From assembly GCA_018712885.1 (NCBI GenBank), contig DVGE01000003.1:1-32036 (forward strand): a stretch of 32,036 nucleotides of DNA. The letters run 5' to 3'. Source of the DNA: Candidatus Pullichristensenella stercoripullorum (lineage in GTDB: Bacteria; Bacillota; Clostridia; Christensenellales; Aristaeellaceae). Position numbers and translations under genes: made by a program. A model generated the notes under the pieces. It saw only the letters and a list, made by a program, of their open reading frames with translations, was not told the origin of the DNA and made no database searches. Numbering within the stretch: position 1 is the stretch's first letter; each line of letters opens with the position of its first letter. Below are positions 1 through 6,564 of this stretch, in pieces.

Positions 1-1
1 C

Positions 2-1222
2 GGCGCGCAGGTGCAGGCGCTGCTCAAAAAGGCCGCCGGGCTGGACATCGCCATCATCTGCCCGCTGCACGGCCCCATCCTCACGGAAAACCTCGGCGAA
101 TACATCCGCCTGTACGACCTGTGGTCTTCCTACACGCCGGAGAGCGACGGCATCGTCATCGCCTACACCTCGGTCTACGGCCACACGAAGAAGGCCGTGG
201 AGGCGCTGGCCGACATGCTGCGCGAAAAGGGCTGCCCGGCGGTCACCGTCCACGATCTGGCCCGCTGCGACATGGCCGAAGCTGTGGAGGACGCCTTCCG
301 CTACAACAAGCTGGTGCTGGCCACCACCACCTACAACGCCGGCATCTTCCCCTTCATGCGCGAGTTCATCGACCATCTGACCGAGCGCAACTTCCAGAAG
401 CGCACCGTGGCGCTGATCGAAAACGGCACCTGGGCGCCGCTGGCCGCCAAGGTGATGAAGGACATGCTCGCCCCCTGCAAGGCTCTCGAGTTCGTCGAGC
501 CCGTGGTGCGTATCCGTTCCGCGCTCGACGCGCAGAGCCGCGAACAGCTTGAAAAGGTCGCCAGCGAACTGTGTCAGGACTACATGGCCCGCTCGGAAAA
601 GACCGCCAACAAAAAGGACATGAGCGCCCTCTTCCGCATCGGCTACGGCCTCTATGTGGTCACCTCCAACGACGGCAAAAAGGACAACGGCCTCATCGTC
701 AACGCCGTCTCGCAGGTGACGGATTCGCCCAACCGCGTGGCCGTGACCATCAACAAGGCCAATTACTCCCACCACGTCATCAAGCAGACGGGCGTGATGA
801 ACGTCAACTGCCTGTCCGTGGACGCGCCCTTCAAGGTCTTTGAGACCTTCGGCTTCCAGAGCGGGCGCACGGCGGACAAGTTCGCCGGCTTCGAGGAGGA
901 ACTGCCGCGCTCGGACAACGGCCTTGTGTTCCTGCCGCGCTTTATCAACGCCTTCATGTCCCTGAAGGTGGAAAACTACATCGACCTCGGCTCCCACGGC
1001 ATGTTCATCTGCTCCGTGGAGGAGGCGCGCGTGATGAGCGAACGCGAGACCATGACCTACACCTACTACCAGAACAACGTCAAGCCCAAGCCCCAGACCG
1101 AGGGCAAGAAGGGCTTCGTCTGCAAGGTGTGCGGCTACATCTACGAGGGAGACACGCTGCCGGACGACTTCATCTGCCCGCTGTGCAAGCACGGCGCGGC
1201 GGATTTTGAGCCGATCGCCTGA
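2..1222 (+). CDS. multidomain flavodiiron-type protein, 3' part (flavodoxin-like + flavin-reductase-like + C-terminal rubredoxin); 5' end outside window
   Basis: The frame is open from the window edge to TGA at 1220-1222. The translation shows a flavodoxin-like segment (GIVIAYTSVYGHTKK...LVLATTTYNAG), a flavin-reductase-like segment (LYVVTSNDGKKDNGLIVNAVSQV) and a rubredoxin Cys pair (CKVCGY...CPLCKHG). A hairpin terminator follows. Confidence 0.85.
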   Translation, partial: GAQVQALLKKAAGLDIAIICPLHGPILTENLGEYIRLYDLWSSYTPESDGIVIAYTSVYGHTKKAVEALADMLREKGCPAVTVHDLARCDMAEAVEDAFRYNKLVLATTTYNAGIFPFMREFIDHLTERNFQKRTVALIENGTWAPLAAKVMKDMLAPCKALEFVEPVVRIRSALDAQSREQLEKVASELCQDYMARSEKTANKKDMSALFRIGYGLYVVTSNDGKKDNGLIVNAVSQVTDSPNRVAVTINKANYSHHVIKQTGVMNVNCLSVDAPFKVFETFGFQSGRTADKFAGFEEELPRSDNGLVFLPRFINAFMSLKVENYIDLGSHGMFICSVEEARVMSERETMTYTYYQNNVKPKPQTEGKKGFVCKVCGYIYEGDTLPDDFICPLCKHGAADFEPIA

Positions 1223-1228
1223 AAAACG

Positions 1229-1256
1229 ACGGGGAAGGCATGCCTTCCCCGTTTTG
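1229..1256 (+). terminator. intrinsic terminator after the flavodiiron gene
   Basis: Perfect 12-bp palindromic arms ACGGGGAAGGCA/TGCCTTCCCCGT followed by TTTGCG, 7 nt after the stop codon. Confidence 0.7.
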
Positions 1257-1285
1257 CGTTTGACCCATCGAAAGGAAGTGTCTTT

Positions 1286-2227
1286 ATGCGCAAGTGCATC
1301 CTCCTGCTGTTGGCGCTTCTGCTGGCGCTCCCCGCCGCTGCGCTGGCCGACGACACCCAGTTCATCGAGCACGACCCGTTCTTCCTCGACGACACCTGGG
1401 TGGAAGGCTCCACCCGCCCCGGCGAGTACCACTACTATCCCTTCACCGTGGAACAGGTGGGCCTCGTGACGGTGCGCGCGCAGCTGTTCTGCACAGGCCG
1501 CGTGCAGCTGCTCGACGCCGACCTCATTGAATGGGACGAGGGCTACTTCAACGGCAGCGCCGGCGCGCCGGAGACGCAGGACTTTGTCTATTACCTGGAG
1601 CCGGGCGCGTACTACGTCTGCGTCGGCAACGACTCCTCCCAGGGCGATTTCCGTCTCAAGGGCATGCTCGGACCCTGCCCCAGCACCGAGACGGGCGATA
1701 ACGACACCTATCTCGGCGCGCAGCTCCTGCCCTCGGGCGAGACGCTCAGCGGCGTGCTCACCCAGTGGGACGAGCACGACTACTACGTCTTCTCCCTCGA
1801 TACCGATACGCAGGTCTATCTCACCGCCAATACCACGCTGGAGAGCCTCATGCCCAATCTCTCGCTCTACGACGGCGACATGGTGAAGATCGACGATGAA
1901 TACGGCTTCAAGGGCTACGCCGGGGAGTTCCTGCTCCCCGCCGGCATCTACTATCTGGACGTGTGGGGGAACGACGGCCCCTACACGCTCAAAGCCGTCT
2001 ACACGCCGCAGCCCGGCGCCACGCCCGTGCCCGCGGAAAGCGCCGCGCCGGACGCGGACGAGCCGGCGTTCACCTTCGGGGAGGAAGCCCCCGAGACCGA
2101 GGACGCGGCCTACGCCAACGAGCGCGACTACTTCGACGTCGCCCCCGAGGAGGACTTCCTCGACCCCGACAGCGCCCCGGACGATTTCGGCAGTCTGCTG
2201 CTGGATCTTCTGCGCGAAGGCATCTGA
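1286..2227 (+). CDS. secreted protein with two PPC-like (pre-peptidase C-terminal type) repeats and an acidic tail
   Basis: The ATG is preceded by AAAGGAAG. There is a signal peptide (MRKCILLLLALLLALPAAALA). Two internal repeats share motif order (GEYHYYPFTV...GAYYVCVGND...FRLKG and DEHDYYVFSL...GIYYLDVWGNDGPYTLKAVY). The C-terminal ~75 aa are rich in D/E/P. Confidence 0.8.
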   Translation: MRKCILLLLALLLALPAAALADDTQFIEHDPFFLDDTWVEGSTRPGEYHYYPFTVEQVGLVTVRAQLFCTGRVQLLDADLIEWDEGYFNGSAGAPETQDFVYYLEPGAYYVCVGNDSSQGDFRLKGMLGPCPSTETGDNDTYLGAQLLPSGETLSGVLTQWDEHDYYVFSLDTDTQVYLTANTTLESLMPNLSLYDGDMVKIDDEYGFKGYAGEFLLPAGIYYLDVWGNDGPYTLKAVYTPQPGATPVPAESAAPDADEPAFTFGEEAPETEDAAYANERDYFDVAPEEDFLDPDSAPDDFGSLLLDLLREGI

Positions 2228-2234
2228 CCGGCGC

Positions 2235-2311
2235 CAGAGCGCTGATAAAGCCTACGACCGCAAAAATCGCTCTGATATATAAAAAATCAGAAGCGATTTT
2301 TGCTTCCGGCG
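2235..2311. repeat. repeat A, copy 1 (77 bp)
   Basis: Starts with CAGAGCGCTGATAAAGCC and contains the AAAAATCGCTCTGAT/ATCAGAAGCGATTTTT hairpin. About 90% identical by eye to 2548-2624. Confidence 0.9.
2262..2301 (+). terminator. A-tract/T-tract flanked hairpin, candidate terminator of the secreted-protein gene (part of repeat A)
   Basis: AAAAATCGCTCTGAT - 9-nt loop - ATCAGAAGCGATTTTT, with one bulged A. It is the first hairpin after the stop at 2227. Confidence 0.45.
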
Positions 2312-2468
2312 GTGGATTTGCCGAGCCCTACGGGATCGTCAGATCCAGTCGCAAGGTTGCAAGCCGAAAGGCTTGCAAGTCGCCGATGGCGACCGTTTTT
2401 GACGATCAAAGATCGGCAAAAACGCCTTGGCGAGAAATTTTGCCGCTGGCAAAATTTTCTTGCTTGCA

Positions 2469-2547
2469 GGCTTTCTCAACGCTCTGCCAGTCTGCCCACT
2501 TTGTCAACATCCTGAGGCCGCCCCGCGAAGCATCGCGGGGCGGCCCT
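2469..2547. repeat. repeat B, copy 1 (79 bp)
   Basis: Starts with GGCTTTCTCAACGCTCTG, which matches 16/18 positions of the reverse complement of the repeat A start. It contains a 13-bp perfect GC hairpin GGCCGCCCCGCGA-AGCA-TCGCGGGGCGGCC (2516-2545). It differs at 2 of 79 positions from 2703-2781. Confidence 0.9.
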
Positions 2548-2624
2548 CAGAGCGCTGACAAAGCCCACAACCGCAAAAATCGCTCTGATTAAATAAAAAT
2601 CAGAAGCGATTTTTGCTTCCGGCG
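2548..2624. repeat. repeat A, copy 2 (77 bp)
   Basis: CAGAGCGCTGACAAAGCC...GCTTCCGGCG, immediately abutting repeat B copy 1. Confidence 0.9.
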
Positions 2625-2702
2625 TCAGCTGCACTTGCATCCTGCGGTCACTTACGTCTATGTAAGCTCCCTTGGATGCAAGTACAGCTTCCTTGGCTTG
2701 CG

Positions 2703-2781
2703 GGCTTTCTCATCGCTCTGCCAGTCTGCCCACTTTGTCAACATCCTGAGGCCGCCCCGCGAGGCATCGCGGGGCGGCCCT
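2703..2781. repeat. repeat B, copy 2 (79 bp)
   Basis: GGCTTTCTCATCGCTCTG...GGCCGCCCCGCGA-GGCA-TCGCGGGGCGGCCCT. Confidence 0.9.
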
Positions 2782-2847
2782 GCTGGAAGCGCGCTTCCCC
2801 TCTCCCGCCGGCGGGGAAACGCTGTTTCGCCGCGCGAGCGCTCTCCA

Positions 2848-3102
2848 TCAGCTTTCCCGCGGGCCCTCCGCGCGAGCGTCTTCTTCCGCCGCGCCGCCCA
2901 GGGCCTCTTCCTGCCGGCGCAGGAATGTCTCGGCCATGCGCCGGTCGGCCTGCGCCGCCGCGCGGCACAGCGCCCAGGCGAACAACAGCGTGAACAGCGA
3001 CACCGCTACGATCGCCACCCAGATACGCCCCGCCCCCTTTCCCGTTTCGCGCGCCGCCAGACGCGCCTTTTTTCTATTTTGTGCGCCGGGGGCCGATTTC
3101 AT
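2848..3102 (-). CDS. hypothetical small membrane protein (84 aa), weakly supported
   Basis: ATG-initiated ORF with G/C-rich third positions, a basic N-terminus, one hydrophobic helix (IWVAIVAVSLFTLLFAWALC) and a charged tail. No recognisable Shine-Dalgarno site precedes the ATG. Confidence 0.3.
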   Translation of the reverse strand: MKSAPGAQNRKKARLAARETGKGAGRIWVAIVAVSLFTLLFAWALCRAAAQADRRMAETFLRRQEEALGGAAEEDARAEGPRES

Positions 3103-3112
3103 GCGCGGCGGC

Positions 3113-3140
3113 TTGACAAGCGCGGGGAAAACCCGTATAA
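3113..3140 (+). promoter_or_regulatory. sigma-A type promoter for tRNA-Arg
   Basis: TTGACA (3113-3118), 16-nt spacer, TATAAT (3135-3140), ending 16 nt upstream of the tRNA 5' end. Confidence 0.6.
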
Positions 3141-3156
3141 TGAAATTTGCCGCAGA

Positions 3157-3233
3157 TGCACTTGTAGCTCAGCAGGATAGAGCGGCCGCCTCCTAAGCGG
3201 CAGGCCGTGGGTTCGAATCCCGCCAAGTGCGCC
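3157..3233 (+). tRNA. tRNA-Arg (anticodon CCT)
   Basis: The cloverleaf folds by hand: acceptor GCACTTG/CAAGTGC, D stem GCTC/GAGC, anticodon stem GCCGC/GCGGC with loop CTCCTAA, and T arm GTGGG-TTCGAAT-CCCGC. The CCA end is encoded. Confidence 0.93.
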
Positions 3234-3234
3234 A

Positions 3235-3272
3235 CAGCGCCGGAGACAGATGTTTGTCTCCGGCGCTTCTTT
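3235..3272. terminator. bidirectional hairpin terminator shared by tRNA-Arg and the convergent dehydrogenase gene
   Basis: 13-bp stem AGCGCCGGAGACA/TGTCTCCGGCGCT with a 6-nt loop, followed by TCTTTATCGTTTT on the + strand. Confidence 0.7.
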
Positions 3273-3288
3273 ATCGTTTTCCCGTCCG

Positions 3289-4251
3289 TCAATAGCCCTT
3301 CTCCCGCGCCACGAGCCGCTTGAGCGGTCGCCCGGCGCAGTAGTTTTCGAAGTCTTCCAGAAACATGGAAACGATGCGCTCCACGGTGTAGGGCAGCGTC
3401 ATGTTGCCGGCCACGTGCGGCGTGAGGCGCAGGTTGGGGCAGTCCCACAGGGGGCTGTCTTTCGGCAGGGGCTCATGCTCGAACACGTCCAGCGCCGCCT
3501 GCAGACGGCCCGCGCGCAGTTCCTTTTCCAGCGCCGCTTCGTCGAGCACGCTGCCGCGCCCCACGTTGATCAGCAGCGCCCCGTCCGGCAGCAGCGCCAG
3601 CTTCGCCGCGTCGAGCATGCGGCGCGTTTCCGCGGTTCCGGGCAGGGAAACGATCAGTATATCGGTCTGGGGCAGTACGGCGTCGAGCGTCTCGCGGGGC
3701 AGCACGCGGTCGAAAAGGCCGCTTTCGTCCCTGCCGCCGCGGTTGACGCCGACGATGCGCTCGGGGCGGAAGGCCCGCAGGCGCAGCGCCGCCTCGCGGC
3801 CGATGTCGCCCGTGCCCAGCAGCGTGACGCGGCTTTGGTGGATGGAGCGCACGGCCAGGTCGCGCCGCCAGCCGCGCCGGGCGACGATGGCGTCGTAGTC
3901 CAGCTGCCGGCGCAGCATTTCCAGCGCCACCATGACGATGTGTTCGGCGATGGTCACGCCGTAAGCGCCGCTGGAGTTGCTCAGCACCGCCTCCGCCGAG
4001 GCGAACACGCCGGGGGCGAGGAAGTTGTCCACCCCGGCAAAGGGCGAGCACAGCCAGCGCAGGCGCGGCGCGTTGCGCGCCAGAAATTCGGACTGACCGA
4101 AGACCACCTCCGCGTCCGCCAGGGCGGGCAGGGCATCTTCGGGGGAATCGAAAAAGAGCGCCTCAAAGCCGTGGGCGCAGGCGGCGCGGCGGATCTCCTC
4201 GCGCTGTTTCCGCGTCAGTTCGCGGATGGCGGCGACCAGTGTTCTCTGCAT
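3289..4251 (-). CDS. D-isomer-specific 2-hydroxyacid dehydrogenase family protein
   Basis: Internal ATG at 4251 (MQRTLV...) preceded by GGAGG (gtctGGAGGtattcgcATG). Motifs present: LLGTGDIGREAA (GxGxxG), NVGRGSVLDEAAL, DVFEHEPLP and TPHVAG. The 160-aa upstream extension in the track ORF is Arg/Pro-rich junk. Confidence 0.88.
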   Translation of the reverse strand: MQRTLVAAIRELTRKQREEIRRAACAHGFEALFFDSPEDALPALADAEVVFGQSEFLARNAPRLRWLCSPFAGVDNFLAPGVFASAEAVLSNSSGAYGVTIAEHIVMVALEMLRRQLDYDAIVARRGWRRDLAVRSIHQSRVTLLGTGDIGREAALRLRAFRPERIVGVNRGGRDESGLFDRVLPRETLDAVLPQTDILIVSLPGTAETRRMLDAAKLALLPDGALLINVGRGSVLDEAALEKELRAGRLQAALDVFEHEPLPKDSPLWDCPNLRLTPHVAGNMTLPYTVERIVSMFLEDFENYCAGRPLKRLVAREKGY

Positions 4252-4293
4252 GCGAATACCTCCAGACCGGGCGGCGCGGCGGCCGTTTTTTTC

Positions 4294-4323
4294 ATTATAA
4301 CAAGCGCGCGGGGCGCGATTCAA
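4294..4323 (-). promoter_or_regulatory. candidate promoter of the dehydrogenase gene
   Basis: The minus strand reads TTGAAT, 18-nt spacer, TATAAT, about 40 nt upstream of the ATG at 4251. Confidence 0.45.
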
Positions 4324-4442
4324 GTTAAATCCCCTCGCCGGGCGGCGCGGCGGGGGGATGGCGGCGGGGAAGGGGTGTTTTGCAAGAGAAGCGCGGCTGC
4401 GGCCTTCGCGCGCGAACAGAGTCCGGCGGGCGCGCTTTGCGC

Positions 4443-4472
4443 AAACAAAAAACGCCCCGCGTCGCGGCGCGA
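4443..4472 (-). terminator. candidate terminator downstream of the phospholipase-C-like gene
   Basis: The minus strand shows an imperfect GC hairpin (CGCGCCGCG-A-CGCGGGGCG) followed by TTTTTTGTTTG. Confidence 0.4.
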
Positions 4473-4558
4473 GACGGCGGCTTGTCCGGAGGAGCAGGAG
4501 CGGCGCGGCCCGCGGGCCGCCTCTGCCCGTCTGTGGGCGGGCGGCGCGCGGAAGGGGG

Positions 4559-5152
4559 TCAGCTCCGGCCGACCCAGGAGAGCTGCAGCTGCAGCCCCTG
4601 CGCGTCGGCGTCGAGGCGCGACCAGTAGTGCGCGCAGGCGGCGGCCAACTGCGCCGTTTGCGCGAGTATGTAGTCCGCGTCGGTCTCCACGCGGCCTTCG
4701 AGGGCCACGTAGCGCTCGTGCGCGGCTTCCGTGCTGACAAAGCGCGGCGCGTCGGGGAAGCTCTCGCGGGAAAGGCGCGCGGCGATCTCCTTATGCAGCC
4801 GGCGCTCGTAGCGCATGTGCTCGCGCAGCGAACCGCCGAAGTGCTCGTTGTGCGGCCAGGTAAAGGCGTCCGCCGTGTAGTGCAGCAGCACGCCCAGGCG
4901 GTAGCAGTCGTGCAGGCCGCCGTCGGCGTGGCGTTCGAGCGCGCGCGAAAGGCGGCGGATCACCGGCAGGGCGTTGGCGTAGCTGTGTCCCCAGGTATTG
5001 CGGTCGTGCAGGTGGCCGCGCAGGTGGGTGGTGGCGGTGAGATCGGGCGCGATGTTGCCCAGCACGAAGGCGAGGCGGCAGAGCGCGCCGCGGTCGGCGA
5101 AATAGGCCTCTGCCAGCGCCTTGCCCAGGGCCAGGTGATCGTGGATCTGCAA
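4559..5152 (-). CDS. zinc-dependent phospholipase C-like family protein (function uncertain)
   Basis: TTG start preceded by GGAGG with an 8-nt spacer. The protein is His-rich with LGNIAPD and LGVLLHYTADAFTWPHN motifs resembling the Zn-PLC fold family. It lies 38 nt downstream of the GT2 gene on the same strand. Confidence 0.65.
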   Translation of the reverse strand: MQIHDHLALGKALAEAYFADRGALCRLAFVLGNIAPDLTATTHLRGHLHDRNTWGHSYANALPVIRRLSRALERHADGGLHDCYRLGVLLHYTADAFTWPHNEHFGGSLREHMRYERRLHKEIAARLSRESFPDAPRFVSTEAAHERYVALEGRVETDADYILAQTAQLAAACAHYWSRLDADAQGLQLQLSWVGRS

Positions 5153-5190
5153 GGGGATCGCCTCCTCGTTATCTTCGTTTCCCGCGCGCT

Positions 5191-6207
5191 TCAGTTAAAG
5201 CCGAACAGTTTTTGCGCCGCGGCGTAGCAGGCGAGCGCCACGGCCCGCCCCGGCTTGCCGGGCAGGTGGGCGACGCGCCCCATGAGGCCGCCGCGCATGC
5301 GCCGGTAGGCCCACGGCGCGCTCTGCCGGATCTCTTCCCACAGCGCCGCGCGCTTGCGGTCGGCTTCCGGCGTGCCGGCGCGCAGCAGCAATATGGTCGA
5401 TACCATGGTGATGATCTCCAGATAGGAGAACAGGTATTGCCGCTGGTGTTCGTTGGGAAGCGCCTCCAGGTCTACGGCGTTGAGCATGCGCAGGTTGACG
5501 CGCAATTGCTGGTCGATGCGGCGCAGCATCACGCTCTCATGCACGGACTGGTCTTCGCGGCCGATGAAGTAGTGGTAGAGATCCACGTCCAGATAATAGA
5601 GCGTCTCCACCATGCGCATCGGCTCGTAGACGAAGAGGTTGTCCACGTAAAACGTGTGTTCCGGCAGACGGACGCCGCAATCGCGCAACAGATGCGTGCG
5701 GTAGATGACCGAGTGCATGAGTATGTAGTGGCCCAGCGGCAGATGGCGCACGTCCGCCCAGGTGAGCACCATTCCGCGCGGCAGGGCGCGGCGGTATTCC
5801 ATCACCTTTTTGCGGCGCGCGTCCACCTTGTCGTAGACGTAGTTGGAGATCACCACGTCGATGTCCACGTGGTTGGCCGCGAAGTGGCGCAAGCGCTCCA
5901 GCACCTTGCCCAGCGCGGCCTCGTCCACCCAGTCGTCGGAATCCACCACCTTGAAGTAGAGGCCGGAGGCGTGGCGCAGAGCGGTGTTGATGGCGCCGCC
6001 GTGCCCAGCGTTTTCCTGGTGGATGGCGCGCACGACGCCGGGATGCTTTTGCTCGTAGTCGCGGGCGATGGAAAGCGTGTCGTCGGCGGAGCCGTCGTCG
6101 ATGATGAGGATCTCCACCTCTTCGCCGCCGGGCAGCAGCGAATCGACGCAGCGGCGCATATAGGCGGCGGAGTTGTAGCAGGGCACCGCCACGCTCAGCA
6201 GCTTCAT
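5191..6207 (-). CDS. family 2 glycosyltransferase
   Basis: ATG at 6207 (MKLLSVAVPCYNSAAYM...) preceded by GGAGG with an 8-nt spacer. GT2 signatures are present: VPCYN, IIDDGSADDT and VDSDD. The GTG at 6216 used by the track overlaps the RBS and was not used. Confidence 0.88.
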   Translation of the reverse strand: MKLLSVAVPCYNSAAYMRRCVDSLLPGGEEVEILIIDDGSADDTLSIARDYEQKHPGVVRAIHQENAGHGGAINTALRHASGLYFKVVDSDDWVDEAALGKVLERLRHFAANHVDIDVVISNYVYDKVDARRKKVMEYRRALPRGMVLTWADVRHLPLGHYILMHSVIYRTHLLRDCGVRLPEHTFYVDNLFVYEPMRMVETLYYLDVDLYHYFIGREDQSVHESVMLRRIDQQLRVNLRMLNAVDLEALPNEHQRQYLFSYLEIITMVSTILLLRAGTPEADRKRAALWEEIRQSAPWAYRRMRGGLMGRVAHLPGKPGRAVALACYAAAQKLFGFN

Positions 6208-6476
6208 GGGCCACACCTCCCCGTCGCGCGCCGGATGGACGCTTCCTATTTTCCATTATATTATAGCGCGTCACCCGCTTTCCATCTACAAAAAGTGCAT
6301 AAACTGCTGTTTTTTGGCGTAAATTTGCAAAATTTTCCCGCGCGGGGCGTTCCGCGGTTTACGCGAAGATCAAATTCTTCGCGTTCCCGCTAAAAACAGC
6401 CGCGCTTTCCCGCGAACGCCGCATAGGAACCAAAATTGAAATTGCGTCGAAAAACGCCAAGCTTACGCAGTATATA

Positions 6477-6505
6477 TTGCCTTTGTGTGAATTGGAAAAT
6501 ATACT
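6477..6505 (+). promoter_or_regulatory. candidate promoter of the GH2 gene
   Basis: TTGCCT (6477-6482), 17-nt spacer, TATACT (6500-6505), about 60 nt upstream of the TTG start. Confidence 0.4.
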
Positions 6506-6564
6506 GTTAACATAAACAAGGCGACCAACGACCGTCACGATGCGACCGAAGGGGAGGGGCACGT

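Noticed and set aside
2406-2744. Two minus-strand mini-ORFs (2406..2510, 34 aa; 2658..2744, 28 aa) sharing the N-terminus MLTKWADWQS
   Set aside because: The shared N-terminus simply reflects DNA repeat B. There is no Shine-Dalgarno site, because the ATG follows the GC hairpin directly. The C-termini are unrelated and end in arbitrary stops.
2235-2781. Possible CRISPR array
   Set aside because: Only two copies of each module are present, and the modules are 77-79 bp with internal hairpins. The spacers (78 and 157 bp) are unequal and themselves palindromic, and no cas genes are nearby.
3074-3448. 124-aa minus-strand ORF across tRNA-Arg and its terminator
   Set aside because: It overlaps a well-folded tRNA and a terminator hairpin. 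No RBS is present.
3250-4740. 495-aa plus-strand ORF and the 483-aa long form of the dehydrogenase ORF
   Set aside because: The plus ORF is antisense Arg/Ala-rich junk. The 160-aa N-terminal extension of the minus ORF is Arg/Pro-rich, crosses the promoter-like TTGAAT/TATAAT pair and precedes a strong GGAGG-ATG at 4251.
5212-6393. 393-aa plus-strand ORF and a 245-aa alternative minus frame over the GT2 gene
   Set aside because: These are overlapping frames of a clear GT2 CDS. Their translations are low-complexity.
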